Source: Vicugna vicugna (lineage: Eukaryota). Taken from it: a stretch of DNA of 64,000 nt. The position numbers and the translations under genes are program-made. This document shows, in pieces, positions 13,326-28,359 of this stretch. Location: the NCBI GenBank assembly GCA_013265495.1, contig MU058781.1:972963-1036962 (forward strand). Reading direction: 5' to 3'. Below the pieces are notes generated by a model. It did not search any database and was not told where the DNA came from. It saw nothing but the letters and a program-made list of their open reading frames with translations. How positions within the stretch are numbered: the first letter of the stretch is position 1; every line of letters starts with the position of its first letter.

Positions 13326-16300
13326 AACTGCTTGACTTATTTCTGCAGAAAGGCACTGTAAGCCCAGAGGTTACTCAGAACCACACTCATTTATTCATTC
13401 AGCAAATATTCACTGAGAATCTATGATGTGTCCCATACTGTTGTAGGCACTGGGCACAATGGATAAGCAAAACAAGTTATCTCTGCCTTCACAGGGTGTG
13501 CAGTCTAGCCACACCTCTTTACAGCAAATTTCCAAGACTTAGCCAAGTAGACAGGGGCATGAGGAAAGGTTACACCTGGTGCCTTCAGAAGCGCCCCCAG
13601 GCATCATCTCCAGAGATAAGGGAAGAGCACGACGACTGTTTCAAAGTCCCTAATAAGAGAGTATTGTCCACAGCAAGGCTACAACTTACGCCATAATTAG
13701 ACCGCCTCTTGCCCCCTTTCTCATCTTCTGCAAGCGTGAGGTCTCCCAGAAGGCCTGCTGGTCCTGCACATAAACAGTGCTGGCAGGCCCTCCCATCACC
13801 TAGTCAACATGTGTCCGGATACGGATCCTAGTGGTGGGGTGGGCTTGGACTCATGTAAGCCGCTGGAGGTTGGGGATGGCATCATGTTATTTTGGTTTCT
13901 AATCGCACAGCATTTAGCAGCGCGCTTTGTTGATGGCGGTTACACAATAAAACTCTCCTGAATTGAATTCTGCCTCACAAAACATATAGAGACCTTGCCA
14001 GAGACCATTGCTCATGCAATGTAGGCACATACAAAACAAAACTATTAAGCAGAACAAATACTTCCCTAGTCTGCCCCCTAAAAACGAAAATAGCCTCAAA
14101 GATGGGAATAACCCAAAAGTTAGATCATGGGGCTTTTTATCCTGGCTTTTCATTTTTCATAAATATCTTCTGGCCTCAGGCTTCCACCTATTTGCAAGGC
14201 TGATCACCACTTAAGACGTCAACCATGGGATTAAATTCAGAACCATTTTGGTGTGTGTGTCTGTGTGGGAGCACGCACACACACATGCGTACACACGTGT
14301 GCTGAGAAGTGAACATTAAAGTCATTTTTTCATGATTTGGGGGCTGGAGTGGATTCAGCAGATTACATATGGAGCCCATCAATGTGGGACAGCTTGTGGA
14401 AGACCATAAACATATTTTTCAGATAGAAACTTTGCAGCCATGAACACACCACGTGCTCCCCACTTCCCTAAGGTTCACTCCTTTAATTGTAAATAGCCAG
14501 AAAGCCATCAAGCCAGAGTTTAATAAACTTTTAATTTGAAATGAATTACCACATGTTGTGTTTGTTTACCCATTATTAAATCTCTTAGCAACATATCAGT
14601 GGCAGAAACAGCACACTGTATCACAGCCCTGATATATCAGAAAACAAACCCATGGGGGATATTAACTGCTAATAATATGTCTAGGAGGCCCAAGAAAAAT
14701 AAATATACTCAATGTGGCAGAGACGTGCATTCGAAGAGGTTTTTGTGTTTTGTTTTTGTATAAATCTATTCAGAATAAGGGCAGAAGCTCCCTGTGTCGT
14801 CTTTGAATGTGAGCCTCGAATTAGTCTCCAAGCTCCGAGCAGAGCAAATGATAATCAGCCTTTTCCAAAGCATTTTCCTAAAGCATGAAAGAGTCTTCCT
14901 CTCGTGGTAGATAATGTTCTCATACTGAACGTGTCAGTGTTCGTATTTCTTCGAGTGTCACCTGTCCCTGTCCTCCTTTTAGGGAAACTGGGGGCAGCCT
15001 TCTAAAAGCCAAGTTCAGAGCACAGTGCAGTGGGTGTGGAAAATAGAGCCACAATACCCTGAGGAAAAAGTAGAGAGCAAAAATGATCTGGTGAAAAATG
15101 GTCTAAGAGTAATTGCTTCTAATCTTCAGCTCAGGATCCTAAAGCTAGGTTAAAATGTCAGTTTCACTGAAATATTATTACTGTTAAACCCGAACCTGCT
15201 TTCTCAAAAGTTAAAAATTATAAAATAAGATTTTTTTGCTCCATATTTAATTCTAAAACATTGGGGGGGAAAAAAGAAAGAAAGAAAAAAAGAAATCCAC
15301 ATTACATGTGCACATGTTTCAGTGTCCCACACAGTGGCTTTAGAGTTGAGTGGATTTGAATTTGCTTTTTAAACAAAAAATTAACTGGGATATTTTCTTT
15401 TTTTAATCCAATGAAATCATAATCAATTCTTTCATATTTTTGATTTACTAATTCTATTTTAGGAAGATGACCTTCAACCACGATAAAAGATTGGGGCTTT
15501 TTCCTCCCCTTCTACATCTCAGATTCCCAGGTTACAGAGCTCACATGCTAACGTTTAATTAATTTATTTTCACACAAAATCTCCTGTTAGAAGGCCTGAC
15601 TAATCTGATTCAACATTAAGGCACAACGTGGGTAAAAGTCATTCTCTTGCAAATAGGACTGAGGAAAGCTTAGCCACAATGCCCGCAAAGGTCCTCGACA
15701 GAGCTGCCCCACGAAGCAGTTTGGATTGAGGGTAAATCCGCCATTCGCTTGTCTGTTTACTATCTGCCCTTCAAGGGCACTGTCTACTCTTCCTTGGACT
15801 GCCAGTGCCCCAGACCCTCACCCCTCACCTCTCCACCTTCCCCTTACCCAAACTCAGCACACTGGGAACAGCACACCCACTGTTATCCACCTAGGATATT
15901 CGCATTTATAATGAAAAATTACAGCCTGAAACCTATTAAATTCCAGCATGGAATGCTTACAGCCAGCTCAAAGTTGTGCATTTCGAGGACGGCAGGCTCT
16001 CCTCATTATTCTCCAAAACCAGACCATCATGTCAGTCACCTCCTACCTTCTCTGGCTAAGTCAAGCAAATCCAGGTTCTCAGGTGTGAGAAACAATACGC
16101 TTTAACCACGTTGCCTTACGGTCTTGGTATTTATTACTGAGCTTCAATACATATCTGATTCCTAATTTAGTTTCACAAATATTTATTTAAAGTCAGTTGA
16201 TATAATTTGACTTACATGAATTCTGTGTATAAAATTTCAACATAAGATTTCCAGGTACACATGACACTTAGTTCTCTGGAGGTGGTGGTGTCTCAGCAAT

Positions 16301-16699
16301 CATTAGCTGGGGACAGTGGTTCACTCACAGAGAAACAGGACGGTGTGAATATGGAAGCCTGGGGCTCGTGCTGGAATTGCCTGTTAGGGAAGGAAGTGGG
16401 GTTCTCGAAACTGAGTCTAGCAATCAGTGGAGTTTTGCTTGGCCCAACAAGGCATGAAGTTTCCAGGGGATTTGGAAAACTCCAACCACAACTTCAGAAA
16501 CATTCACCACTGGAAACTGAGTGTGAAGCTCTGTGCCGTCCAGCTGATAGGCAGAGCAAGACAGGAAGACAGATGTCACCCAGGAAGTCCAGCAGTGCAG
16601 GCTTTGGGTCTGACGACAGTCCTGGCCCAGGGCCCTTCTGAAACACTGCTGTTGTCCTGAGCTGTGCCCTCTTCCCCAACCTTTCATTGTTCCACGCAC

Positions 16700-17260
16700 T
16701 CTCCCATGTTGAAATCAACCACTTCGCGGGTCCTTATGCCTCCCTAAGGGACATATTCTTCCTCCCAACTTCCATCTCTCTCCTGGCTTCACATCCGTCT
16801 TCCCAAAGATCTCCTGAACATTTCTACCTGGAATTAATATGGAACTTCAAACTCAGCAGGTCCAAAATCAAGCTCTTGATTTTTCTCCTAATTTTGTCCC
16901 TCCCCCTACAGGTCGTATTATCTGCTGGTTGACACTTAGACCTACCTGTGCTAAAAAAACTAGGAGTCATCCTTCATTCTCCTTCACAGCCACATCCAAT
17001 TAACAGGAATGTCCTTACTGTTAGCCCTGTGGCTAATCTAGTGCACCTCTTTGATACTTTAAAAATGCATACTCTCTTCTCCAACTTTACTACCTGCCCT
17101 AATTCAGACCCTCTTTTGTTGCCTGACTGCTCCAAACTGTTCCTAACTGATCTGTTTCTAGCCATGCCTTTCTCAAATAAACCCTCCGAAAAATTAGCAG
17201 AGGGATCTGCCTAAAATAGAAATTGAAATTCATCACCTGCCTTCCTAAGATCCGTCAGTT
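16700..17260 (+). mobile_element. L2 remnant
   Basis: C/T-rich sequence with caaactcagcaggtccaaaatcaagctcttgatt and aaactaggagtcatccttcattct. Confidence 0.7.
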
Positions 17261-18012
17261 AATATTTAATACAGATTTCTCATCAGCCACAGTAGACACA
17301 AAAGGATGGTGAGGAAAACAGTGAGGGAACATTATTAGTATACTAGAGTTTTATACATGCATAAATGATCTACCAAAAGTGAAGAAAACAGACTTTTGCA
17401 GACATGCAATGGCCAAGGGAGTTTACCAATCACAGACCCAAGCTCCAAATGAATTACTAAAGATTTCTTTAAACAAGAGGAAAAATGAACCAAGTAAAGA
17501 CATGCTATATTAAAAATATTATAAAGCACTGATACTGATCAAATGTGTCAGTAAATTAACTTTCTATTAAGAGTAAAGAATTTTTTTTTCTGTTTAATAA
17601 AAAAGTGAAACTGAAAGCACAGCTAACAATAACATGAAAGCACATGGAGGTGCTTAATGAGCCCTATAAGTAAGTCCTTAAGGGAAGTACTGAATGAAGT
17701 TAGACTTTTAAAGATAATTTATAGTTACATGTATAGATAAGAAAATTAAGGATCACATCTAAAATAATTAACAACAAAATGTATAGATTAAAAACATCAG
17801 GGCATAAGACTTGTGTTTCAATGAAGCGATTTTCTATTTTATTACGTAATGTATAATTACAAGATAGGAAAACTAACATTCTCGTCAACGATTACATTCT
17901 CTTTAAATGGCATGGTATAGAAGAACACATGAATGATCATTCTTTCCCAGTTTTATGTACTAAAGCACAACTTGAAACATTAGCAACAGATGCTGATAAA
18001 AAGTAAACTAAC

Positions 18013-18223
18013 CTTGAGAAGAGCGTGAGGAGGGTTTAGCTGCATCACCTTTCGATGCACACATGTTTTTCTCTGTTTCTTTCTCTGAAGGGCCAGCTGT
18101 GTCATCCACACCTGATTCTGCTTTCTCCGCTTCAGCCACTAGACAAACTGGAAATTCATGGGGGAGCTGAATATGCCTTTTGTGTTTTCTTGGATCATCC
18201 AAATCTAGAGGAAGTTTAATGAC
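18013..18223 (-). CDS. OFCC1: Internal coding exon of an OFCC1-like gene (VIKLPLDLDDPRKHKRHIQLPHEFPVCLVAE…KPSSRSSQ)
   Basis: Acceptor tctgtctcttaatag| and donor CAAG|gttagt. It is 211 nt, starts in phase 0 (giving …LYFQ|VIKLP…), ends in phase 1, and has no stops. Confidence 0.8.
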
Positions 18224-20049
18224 CTATTAAGAGACAGATCTGTTACCTAAACTATTAAAAATACTACGTACACAGTTAGCTATTTCTCTAGAACAAGGAA
18301 ATAATTTGCAAAATCCCAAAGATTTTTGAATTCAATTTTTCCAAAACCTATATTTGTTTTTGTTTGGTTGCATTATAAAGAGTGCATTTTTTTTTTTTGG
18401 TATCAACAGGTTTACATAAAATGCCCTATACGTTTATTAGTTTCTCTGTTTTATCTTGTACTTGCTCTAATTTCTTCTTCCAAACAACCCTGTGTCTAAT
18501 AGTCATGCTGGGATGAAATTAGCAAATTTAATTTACTAGTGAGTATTTACTATCTCCAAGAAACAAAATGAAGTCCAAAAATAAATGACAAGATTGAGGA
18601 ATCTAGTGGTGAATATATAGGTGCTTGCCACTCAACTTTTTCATCTTATCTCTATGTTTAAAATGTTAATAGTAAAGCTCTTGGTGGAAAGAATCAATGA
18701 CACAGGAAACCAAGTATTCGGAAAAGGGAGAAATTGATAGAAAAGCCTTTCTAGGATACAGTTAAAGGCTATCTTGCTTGCATAGTTTTCCCTCTTACCA
18801 TTCTTTCACACTCGCTCTGGGGGTGGACTCAGAGACGCTCTCCAGTTCCCTCCTTAAAGCTCAGGGTTAATTGGCCTGAGTCCTACTCCTAGTAACACCT
18901 TGGTGGGACACCGGAGGTCAGGGCTGGACCACACGCCCTCGCTCTGCCGGCCCTTCTGATCGTGGCAGGTTCCCTCCGCGAACAGACACTGGAGGAAGAT
19001 AACCAGGATCTATAGGATTTTACTTGTTTCCTTTAATCTCTTCTAAATCTGCACTGCAAAACCACTTTTCCGTTCCAAGATCTACTTTGTCTCTCTTTTC
19101 TCTTCCCAACCCCAGATGATTCTTTTCCTGAGTAGCTCTAAAAGGAGTACTCCAAATCTACATATATTTGTTCAGAAATGTTTGCATTTGAGAAAACTCA
19201 ACATCAGAAAATTCCACGTATTTTAAAATTTTGCATAGAGGAAAATAGGGCTTCAAGATAAGGATTTTTCATGTTCATCCTCATGAAAGAGAAGTATCTA
19301 CCTACAGCCGTGATTACTCTGCCTTCCAATCAGAAGCTCATGCATCTTGAATAATAGTACTATTTTCCATTAGCAAGACTCACTCTTCCCCTACCCCATG
19401 AAATATACACATGGAGAAAATTCCTATTATTGGCTACCTACCAAATAATAAAGCTAGTGGAAAAGTACCTCCATTTGCAATGAATAATGGCCAGAGGGTT
19501 CTGCAGATAAATCATAATATTACTTTTTTCACGTTTTTTTGTTAAGGAGGGAGTCAGAGGAAACAAGAGAAAAAAAATTTAGTAATGTTTTCAAATCAAG
19601 TCAATTTTCGTGAAATCAAGTTATTCTAACGGTGCTTATCAAATAACCACTCTTCTTGACCTTGTAAATTTTAAACATCACTTCTTGATTTTTATCTCAA
19701 ATATAAAATATGTATCTGTACTACCTAGATTACCTTTTATAAAGAAAGTTAATACTGATTTTCCATGCCATAATTTATAGAACACAGACTATTAAGTCAC
19801 AATGAAAATTTTAGTGGAAAATTATAAATGTCTTTCACGTTACCTAATAAACTTATACCAAAATGTATTTTCTTTTATGGCTACATTTTGATTTTCATTT
19901 CATTTTGATCTCTTTCTGCAGTATTCAAGTCACCAATTTGTTAAATATTTTGTGGAGGTTTCCTACAGTTTTCTTCAAAATTTGGGTGATTTTTCAATAA
20001 CTCCTTTGGATTCATTTATAATGGTCTTCCTTTTCACACTTATTTACCA

Positions 20050-20185
20050 ATGTTTCTTATCCTCAGAAGCTTTTAAAACCTTCTGATCTTGGGGTCCAAC
20101 TCACAATGATTGAACCAAAATTTCTGGGAACAGGACTCAAGCTGTAGTATGTTTAAAGCTTCCCACGTGATTTTAATGCACAGAT
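20050..20185. mobile_element. MER5-like hAT DNA transposon relic
   Basis: tgattgaaccaaaatttctggga…tttaaagcttcccacgtgattttaatgcacag. Confidence 0.6.
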
Positions 20186-21351
20186 TTATTTTAGGATGCC
20201 ATTATTTCCAGGATGAACAGGAGGGCACGTGTCAGTGTAAGAGTGACTTTCTCAATAGCATACTTCGACTGTCACAACAAGGTGCTTCAACAGAGCATTA
20301 CAACTGAATTAGCTAAACGGGAAAAAATGGCAGTGAATTAAACTGAAATAGGAAAACAGGAAGACCATCCTATAAGAAGGATATGCAGCCACTGATTTTT
20401 AGGTCAAAACTACATGTGTTTCCTGAAAATGTCCATAGTTAGTGGTTCCCTCAGTTAGATAAGCAGTAAGTAGACAGGCTGAAAAAAAAATTAAACCTAT
20501 CAGTGAAGGAGAAAATAAATCACAGCATTTTATGATACAGGCATCCCTGAAAAAACACCATGAACAGGTAGAATAAATCGGGACACATAGGACAAAAGTA
20601 AATAGACTAAAAAATGTGTCAGAATGCTTTATATTTAATATGTGCTGTCAGTTTCTTTTTTGGCGCCTCCATGGTGTTGGCCTAAAATCAATTTATGCAA
20701 CAGCATTTCTGCTAAAAGACTTGCTTAGAAAATAGAACACCAAATCTTTACAAATAAATGGGTGGGCCCAAGTGGGCTTTTTCCTTAATTTTTGATATAA
20801 ACCAGGTGGCATACATTGAAGTCACACATATGGCAAAGAGAATTTCATGGTGGCCACTTTCATCATGGGGAAATGGGGGTCACTGGTTTTCTTTTGTCGG
20901 TCTCATCAAATAAATGGCAGAGACCACATCTTATCTCCTTTGCATCCTTGGAACAGCAGTGCCCAACCCATAACAGAACCTCAATGAGAACCTTTGATAA
21001 AGAAAGGGACCCCCCCCCCCGTCCCATGTTGGTGAGACCAGTCTGCTCCAGCAGCAAAAGATTATAAACAGCTGAGAAATCACAGGGCGTGGGTGACTGT
21101 CCTGACTATTTATAACATAGAAGCTCGGATTAAATTATCCTCAAGATTTCTGCTAACTCTACGGTTTTACCTCTGATTTGCAGACATCAAACATTATCAG
21201 AAATCAGTATTAAGATGTAATTACTCTTACAGATGTAGGATACTTTGCTTACTGACATTTTCAGTAGCATGAAAGGAAGCTAAAGGCTAGAAAGCAGCAG
21301 CTTTGGAAAAATTTTAAGTTCTTCTTCCACTCACAAAATCATATTACAAAC

Positions 21352-21615
21352 CTGAAAATAGAGATTGCACAGCCAGTGGTCCAAGTCCAGGCAAATCAAA
21401 TCTTCAATTTTCCCGAAATTGTCGAGTCTCTGGTCATAATGTCCGCGGAGAAGAGGACACTTGAATTTTCCCGCCACTACATTCAAATTGTTATCGTACA
21501 AAGGGAAGGCTGCCCAGCCCACGACCTGCTGGAGACAAGCGTATTTCCCACGCAGGAGAAAGAGTTCAAACAAGAAAGCCATGCCTGGTTTCAAATCTTT
21601 CTTAGGAGGGAGCAT
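21352..21615 (-). CDS. OFCC1: Internal coding exon of an OFCC1-like gene (MLPPKKDLKPGMAFLFELFLLRGKY…GWAAFPLYD…GKFKCPLLRGHYD…DHWLCNLYFQ)
   Basis: Acceptor tctcttttcttaatgtctttcctag| and donor CAG|gtttgt. It is 264 nt (88 codons), phase 0-0, and compatible with both neighbouring exons. The GWxAFP…GKFKxPLLRG…WLCNLYF motif is one I recall from OFCC1/ojoplano. Confidence 0.88.
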
Positions 21616-22387
21616 CTAGGAAAGACATTAAGAAAAGAGAAGACTGAGATCCTTGTATTTGGAAACACATCGTATTCAGAGATGCCTATGGATAATTCAG
21701 AGTTAAGAGCTGGCTTGTACTTATATTGTCTGCCCTTAAAAACTCACCGCTGGATACACTTACATAAATAACCTTTTCAGCCCAGGGTAAATGAGCCACC
21801 ATCCCACCATGAAAATATGACCCCCCAAAACAAGACTGTTCAAGGGTCTGCCCTTTATAAGCTTTAGGAATCAACTGTGTACTATGTTAACGAAGGTGGC
21901 ATGCTGTATTTTCTGTCCTTTTTGTATGAGCTGGTACCTCCATTATAGAACTATTTTTTTTTGTCATAGTCATTGCTTTACTTGCCTGTCATTCATCTTT
22001 GTATCATTCATGTATCCAGCACAAGTGCTCTGCACAGAAGAAATGCTTTTATAAAAAAAGACTGAACAAACTACCACTCGAGAGAAGCTAATCCAAGGCA
22101 TTCTGATAGTCTGAATCACTATTACAAAGTCCACCTTTTCAGAGAAAACTCGTGTCCCATTTAATTTTACGACTGCTCTGTTTATTTCAGTTGACACTCT
22201 AATGCACATCACTGTATAAGCAATTTGTCAATGCTAAATAAATAGTGTTAGGCGTAAAGATGATCAGATTGACCAAGCCGTTGTTCAAGATCCCAGACTA
22301 GAGATGGAGCTTATTCTTCAGCCTTTAAAAATTTTTTTTCTTAGGAAAGTGCAAGACATGAATAATCTTTTTTAAAAACAGAGTGTT

Positions 22388-22550
22388 GGGGGTTGGGGTA
22401 TAGCTCAGTGGTAGAGCATGTGCTTAGCATGCACGGGGTCCTGGGTTCAATCTCCAGTCCCTCCATTTAAAAAATAAATAAAAGGTTTTAAAAAGTTGTG
22501 TAAAAGATAAAATGTAAAAAAGCAAACAAAAACACAATAAAAATAAAAAT
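22388..22550 (+). mobile_element. tRNA-Ala-derived SINE (Vic-1-like)
   Basis: GGGGTATAGCTCAGTGGTAGAGCATGTGCTTAGCATGCACGGGGTCCTGGGTTCAATC plus a long A-rich tail. Flanks are taaaaacagag / taaaaatagag. Confidence 0.9.
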
Positions 22551-24479
22551 AGAGGATAGACTTCGGTTTGCTTTTTTAAAAATTCTATGTGAGTAAATAT
22601 AAATGGGCAAAGACAGGGACTTGTCTAAGACTACAGTATAAAAATATATTTAACCAGAAGTGTGTAGGCATATTTTATATGATTTCCATAAATATTCCAA
22701 GACTTAGTTTACGTTTAAGATGAAGCAGAAGCATCTGCTGAAAAATGCCATAACCCTGTGGCAGCTGCTATTAAACCATTAAGAGGATCAAGTTTCATTT
22801 AAACCAGATTTACCATTTTCTACAACAGCCCATGGGAGAGCTAAAAACATTAGGCACAAATTACTGACAAAAGAGATTCTTAATCAAGCCACACTTTTCA
22901 TTTGGCTAGTTGGCTGGGAGTAACCCTTGTGATAAGGGGGTAAAAGCTAAGTGGAGGAGGAGGAAAAATGGAGTCAGAAACCTGTTTTGGACCACCATTA
23001 AAAAATGAAGCTGAACGGATGCTATTCCAGCAATTTCTTCCATTGTACACCCTTGCATTCAGAAACAAAAACTAACGCTCCTCTTACACTAACCTGATCT
23101 TACTCAGTGACGTGTTCAAGGCAGATGAAGGAAGAAGCTGCCCAGTACTGACCCAGTTCTATCAGTAATTTTCTCATGGTCTTGGGCAAGTTGCTTCTCT
23201 TTTTGCATCTACGTTTCCATGCGCTTAAGTTTCCTCCTCAATAAAAAGCAAGAAGATAAGCCTCCGCCTCACAAAGTTGATGCAATGATCAAACTGGATA
23301 ACAAGTACAAAAATGTTCATAAAAATGTGAAATGCACATAAAAATTACTATCTATCTTAAGATTTTATCCCAATTACTTATGACAGATTATAGTTTAATA
23401 AAGAAGACAAGAACATTTTAAGGCTGAATGAAGCTCATCTATAAACGTGTAAAACACTAGTACCATTTTGTGCGCAAGAGAGAGTTCAAGGCTACCCAAC
23501 ATAACCCCGTAACACCAGGCAGCACGGCGTCACCCACGACAACGTAACTACGAAGGCAGTCTTCAGGCACAAAAGGAAGTTCCCTTCAACCTATTTTGCT
23601 AAGATAGAAGTGTCACATGCAGTTACCCTATGAGCATCTCCCCCTGCCAAAAAAAGAATATTTGAACCAGACAAAACCTAGTCACTGGTATTGATTGAAA
23701 AGGAGGATAAGACCCATGTGAAGGAACTTATCAGACAGCAGTTTGATTTATTCTTTTGGTGCCTTTCCCTTGCTGGGTCTTGTAGGAGAGATCTTTTGCC
23801 TTGTAAGTGTAGCTTGGGACTCATTCTTTTCCTCTCTGGCAAGAAAGGACCACTAGATTTCATTGTTCCCTCTCAGAGGACCCTTTCCACAACCCTGAAC
23901 ATTTCCACAGCCATCCTGTGCTGTGACGTTTCTATATTGTTCCGTAGCTTTGTAACTGAATGCTACACAGTAAGGGAAATAAATGGATCAGTTTCCCCCC
24001 AGCTACCAGTGCCACCTCATCATGAAAACCCTGCTAGCTGGAGGTCATAACTTCCTGGGAGCACCTTTATTTTCTGAGCACCATGAAGGGCATTCTTTTT
24101 GGAGGAAGAGACACTGGAAGGCTGAATTTCACTGCATAACAAAAAGGTGATGCCTTTGATCTTTCACATCACAGAAGGTACACGTGAAAGGACAGTGGAG
24201 ACCATGCAGTACACAAGAAACAAACAAGGATTTCCAAGGCTGAAGGCTGCACGGAGGATTGGAAGAGAAAGCAAAATTCTTTCCACTTGGACACCAAATA
24301 CTTTTAAATTGAAGCAACTCAGAAAGGATTAGGGGAGTCTTATGAAACGATGAAAATGCATACGGATGAAGTATTTTTCAATTTTCTGGAATTTCTGAAA
24401 TATTTGGAATGGTTATTGTTTTCCTACTCAGAAAAAAAGTTGAGAAAGTAATTTCAAAAACAGAAAGCTTTCAAAGTTC

Positions 24480-25810
24480 AGCTTCTGCTTATAGTAGAGA
24501 CAGTCATAAATGACCATAATTCTTACTATAACAAGGAAAAAACTCCAGTTAAATTACAAAATGATGTATACTCTTGAACCCACTGGGGAGCTGAGGACAT
24601 AAAGAAATTTAGAGGAAACTAAATCTCAAACAGGAGAAGCCCTTCATGTACGAATTAGGACTTGAGGCAGCTTTAATCTCAGGGAACAAGTGAAGGGGCA
24701 GATCTATCACTGGGTGAGAGAGACTGAAGGAAAAAGAAGAAATTGGCTGAACCTTCAGCAATCTGGGACTAACATGGAATACTGAGTACACATGAGCCCT
24801 GGACACAGAGTGGGTCCTTACTATTTACAAATTCTTAACCTTAGGGCTTGTGAGCAGTTGGGTCCAGGCTGAGAATCAAAGAGAGACCCTCTGTGGACAG
24901 AAATCTAACAGCAGGGCAGGGGAGTGGCGCAGTCTCCCAGTTACGTGGTACCTGGATGCCAAGCCCAGCTGGAAGGAGGGATCTTTTACACCTGAAAACT
25001 TTTGAAACCAGCGGTGAATTAAAACTAAAGCCACAATGTAACCCCAACTTGGCTTAAATCTAATCAGAGAGATCAGCCCCTCACCCGAGCTGCCTGACAG
25101 AGACTGCTTTTTTGTGGGGGATAAATATTTTCTACTTCAGTCTTTATAATTCATTTATATACAGTGTCTGGCACACAACACACAACTATGAGCCATCCAT
25201 AGAAGCAGGGAAATGTGATGCACAGAATAAAGAAAACCGTCAAGGAAAACTGGCCCACAGATGACCCAGATGTTAGAATTAACAAAGAATTCAAACAATC
25301 ATTATAATTAGGATAAAGAATTAGGGGGATAGATGGAAATAACCAGTGGGAGGGAGGAAAATTTCAAAAGAGAACTTTAAAAAAAATTTAGAAAGGAAGA
25401 ATAGAATACTTGAAAAATTCATTGAGTGGGCTTAACAGTAGAAACAGACACGGCAGAAACAGGATACAGGACCTCAAACAGAGATCAGCAGGGGAGTCCC
25501 AACTGAAACACGAAGGTAAAAAGAACGAAAAAAGAACAGAACTAAGCAAGTAAGACCCATGGGACAATTACAGACAGTCTAACACACATATAATTGGCAT
25601 CCTAAAGGGAAAACACAGACAATGTGCAGGAAAAAAAAAATTGAAGAGACAATGGCCGAGAATTTTCCAAAACTGATGAAAGAGACCAACCCATGAAACC
25701 AAGGAACTCAGAAAGTCCCACGGAGAAAAAGTCAAAAAGAAACAATACCTAGCCATATCAGAGTCCAATCAATAAAATCAAAGAGAAAACCCTAAAAATA
25801 AAGGGCTACC
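24480..25810 (+). mobile_element. Old L1 5'/ORF1 remnant
   Basis: A-rich sequence with cagatgacccagatgttagaatt and aatggccgagaattttccaaaactgatgaaag (ORF1-like). Confidence 0.7.
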
Positions 25811-26083
25811 TATGACATTTGACAGAACAGTTCATTATTGGTTGTCAAAGGGTCATACTTATTTCCTTTTCATAAAATTCTTATATTAAATATAAAATAT
25901 AAAATTAAATATAAAAATATCATATATCATTTGGAAAATTCTACTTTCTTTTTTTTTTCACCCAGTTTTATTGCCTTGCCTTCTGGTCATATAAAGTTGC
26001 TTTTATCTCTGGCACTGGATAAAAGGTTTACAGAAACTTTGGTTCAGCATAAGCTCCACTCTTTGCTCCTTGGTAGGCTGTTT

Positions 26084-26121
26084 CTTACATTTATCATATA
26101 ACCTTACATTTATCATATAAC
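26084..26121 (+). repeat. 19-bp tandem duplication
   Basis: cttacatttatcatataac x2. Confidence 0.9.
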
Positions 26122-26287
26122 CTGTAAGGCCTTACTATGGCATTAAATGCCTTACTATAGCCACACTGCAATCTAAATTTCTAGTTTTGTTCTCTGTTAA
26201 ACATTTAGTTAAATATATGTTAAAATATGTAATCTATAAACATGCATATTTAATATTTTCAAATTTATTTTCTCAAATGCCTACCCA

Positions 26288-26334
26288 ACATACACATACA
26301 CACACACACACACACATACACACAAGCACACACA
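26288..26334 (+). repeat. Imperfect (CA)n microsatellite
   Basis: Directly visible. Confidence 0.9.
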
Positions 26335-26899
26335 AAGTCTATCGTTTTCTCATGACAGCCTTTACATTGGGACATACCTCTTCGTCTCCCAAGTTTTGCT
26401 CATTATAACCAAAGAAGCTTAGTGTCTTCAGTTTGGACAATACCTTCCAAGGCATAATTTCTAATCTTCAGGCTCTCAGACAGAAGTACAGGCAGAGGTA
26501 TTGACAGGGCCCAGACACAGACTTGGAGACTTAGAAGTTTTCATAACAATTACTAAGATATTCTAAGAGTTCTGAAGTCCTTAAAACTTAAAATAAATAG
26601 TAACAATAATAACAAAAGAGTTGTAAACATACAGTGACCTCAGAAAAGGGCACTTTCTAAATCTTGCTGAGGAATACAGACCATCTAAATGAAGTGCTGA
26701 TAGCATGTATGACACGGAATTTAAGATGGAGTGTTATGTTCAGTCCCTTGCTCAGTTAAAACCTTTTGTATAACATACAAGACAGTTCAGTCTCTATCTG
26801 AACCGTACACTGACAGGGTGTTTGCTTGCCAATAAACCAATCCTGCGTGAACATCCTCATTATTAGAAAGCTCCTCTCCCTCCTCCGCAGTGACAGCAT

Positions 26900-27280
26900 C
26901 ACTAGTGCTACTTACCAATGCTTCTGGCTCTTCACCTTCTAAGCACATGGCAGGACCACACATCTGAGCCCCTTTGTGGTTGGGTGGCCCATTTAACTAG
27001 TCCTGGCCAATGATCCGTGAGTGCACATAAGCATTTGTTATAGGTTCTAGACCCTCCAGAGCTCTCTTTCTTTTTCTCCTTTGCTACAGTGACAAGTGAC
27101 ACTCTAGACGGTGATCTTTCAACCAGTCTTTGACTTAGAGTAAGAATGGGTAAAGCAGAGCTCCCAGCTGTCTTGAAGTAGACACGTAGGTGGAGTGAAA
27201 AATAAGTTTCTGTTTTATTAAGCCACTGAAATGTTGGGTTCTTTTGTTATCATAAAATAACTAAGACAATATTGACTAAT
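26900..27280 (+). mobile_element. MaLR solo LTR (MLT1H/I/J-like)
   Basis: ctagtcctggccaatga core and 3' end aataagtttctgttttattaagccactgaaatgttggg…tgactaat. Confidence 0.75.
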
Positions 27281-28359
27281 TGACTGGCCCTGCTCTGTGT
27301 TGACTCAAGTTCAATCTTAACGGTTTTATAAACATGATGACTACGCCAAGATAGCTTCATAGTTCAAAGTCACTGGATATAAAATTGAGGACCTAGTGGT
27401 TCTTTGCCAGGGTCATGATAAAGCCAACAGTAGAGGAACATGCAAGTACTCACACAATCTGCACTTCAGGAGATAGGCAGAACACCCAGCAACGCTTAAG
27501 TTGCTCGTGGTAGGCCTACAATGCTGCTGCTTGGTCATTTCCTTGGTTGGAATTTTTATAAATGCATCTTAAATGGTTCTGACTTTATATATAGGTTACC
27601 TCAGTCCTAAATGTTCCATCCTGCCCTGGTTAATTGTTTCTCTCATTTAAAAGGGAAGCTATATACCCTAGTAGGTTAAAAGCATGGGCTCCAGCATCAG
27701 ACAAACATGAGATCAAATTCCAATTTACCACTTAAGTAAGTAATGTACCATTTCTGGATCTTGGTTTCACCATTTATAAAGTGCTGGTGGCAGGAGGGGA
27801 GGGGAGGGAGGGGGAGAAGGAAAGACAGGGCCATGAAGAAAAGGAGGCAGTTAGGGAGAATTAGGGATGAACAAAATGGTATCTTCCAGAACGAATATTC
27901 TGTATGGAATAAGAGTAGTCATGGAAGTAAATAATTTCACTTAATTTGCATTAGAAAATAGCCAAGTGTTATTTTTGAGACAAACAACTCTGGACGGACG
28001 AGTGAGAACTGATGCCACAGCACAGGGTAATCTAGGTTATCCAGTGAGAGTTTAATGGTGCCATTATCTTCCTTTCCATTCCCTCAGCCAAGATAAATAA
28101 ATAGACAAATTAGCTCTAATCCCCAGCCTTTCTGCTGCGGGATAAAAGAAAGTAATTATTCTTGGAAACTTACCCTGGCCTAGGGATCAAGGACAGAGGG
28201 TGGTAACAGCTGTAACTATCTTAGCTTCTGAGCAAAAGAAGAGAGACAATCTTACACCTCCACCATTGGAAAACCAGGGCTCTAGCAGGCAAACGTAGTA
28301 GTCCCAGCTCCCTGCTTTAGAAATTGATTTTTTTAGTTCCTTAATCCTAATAGTAATAG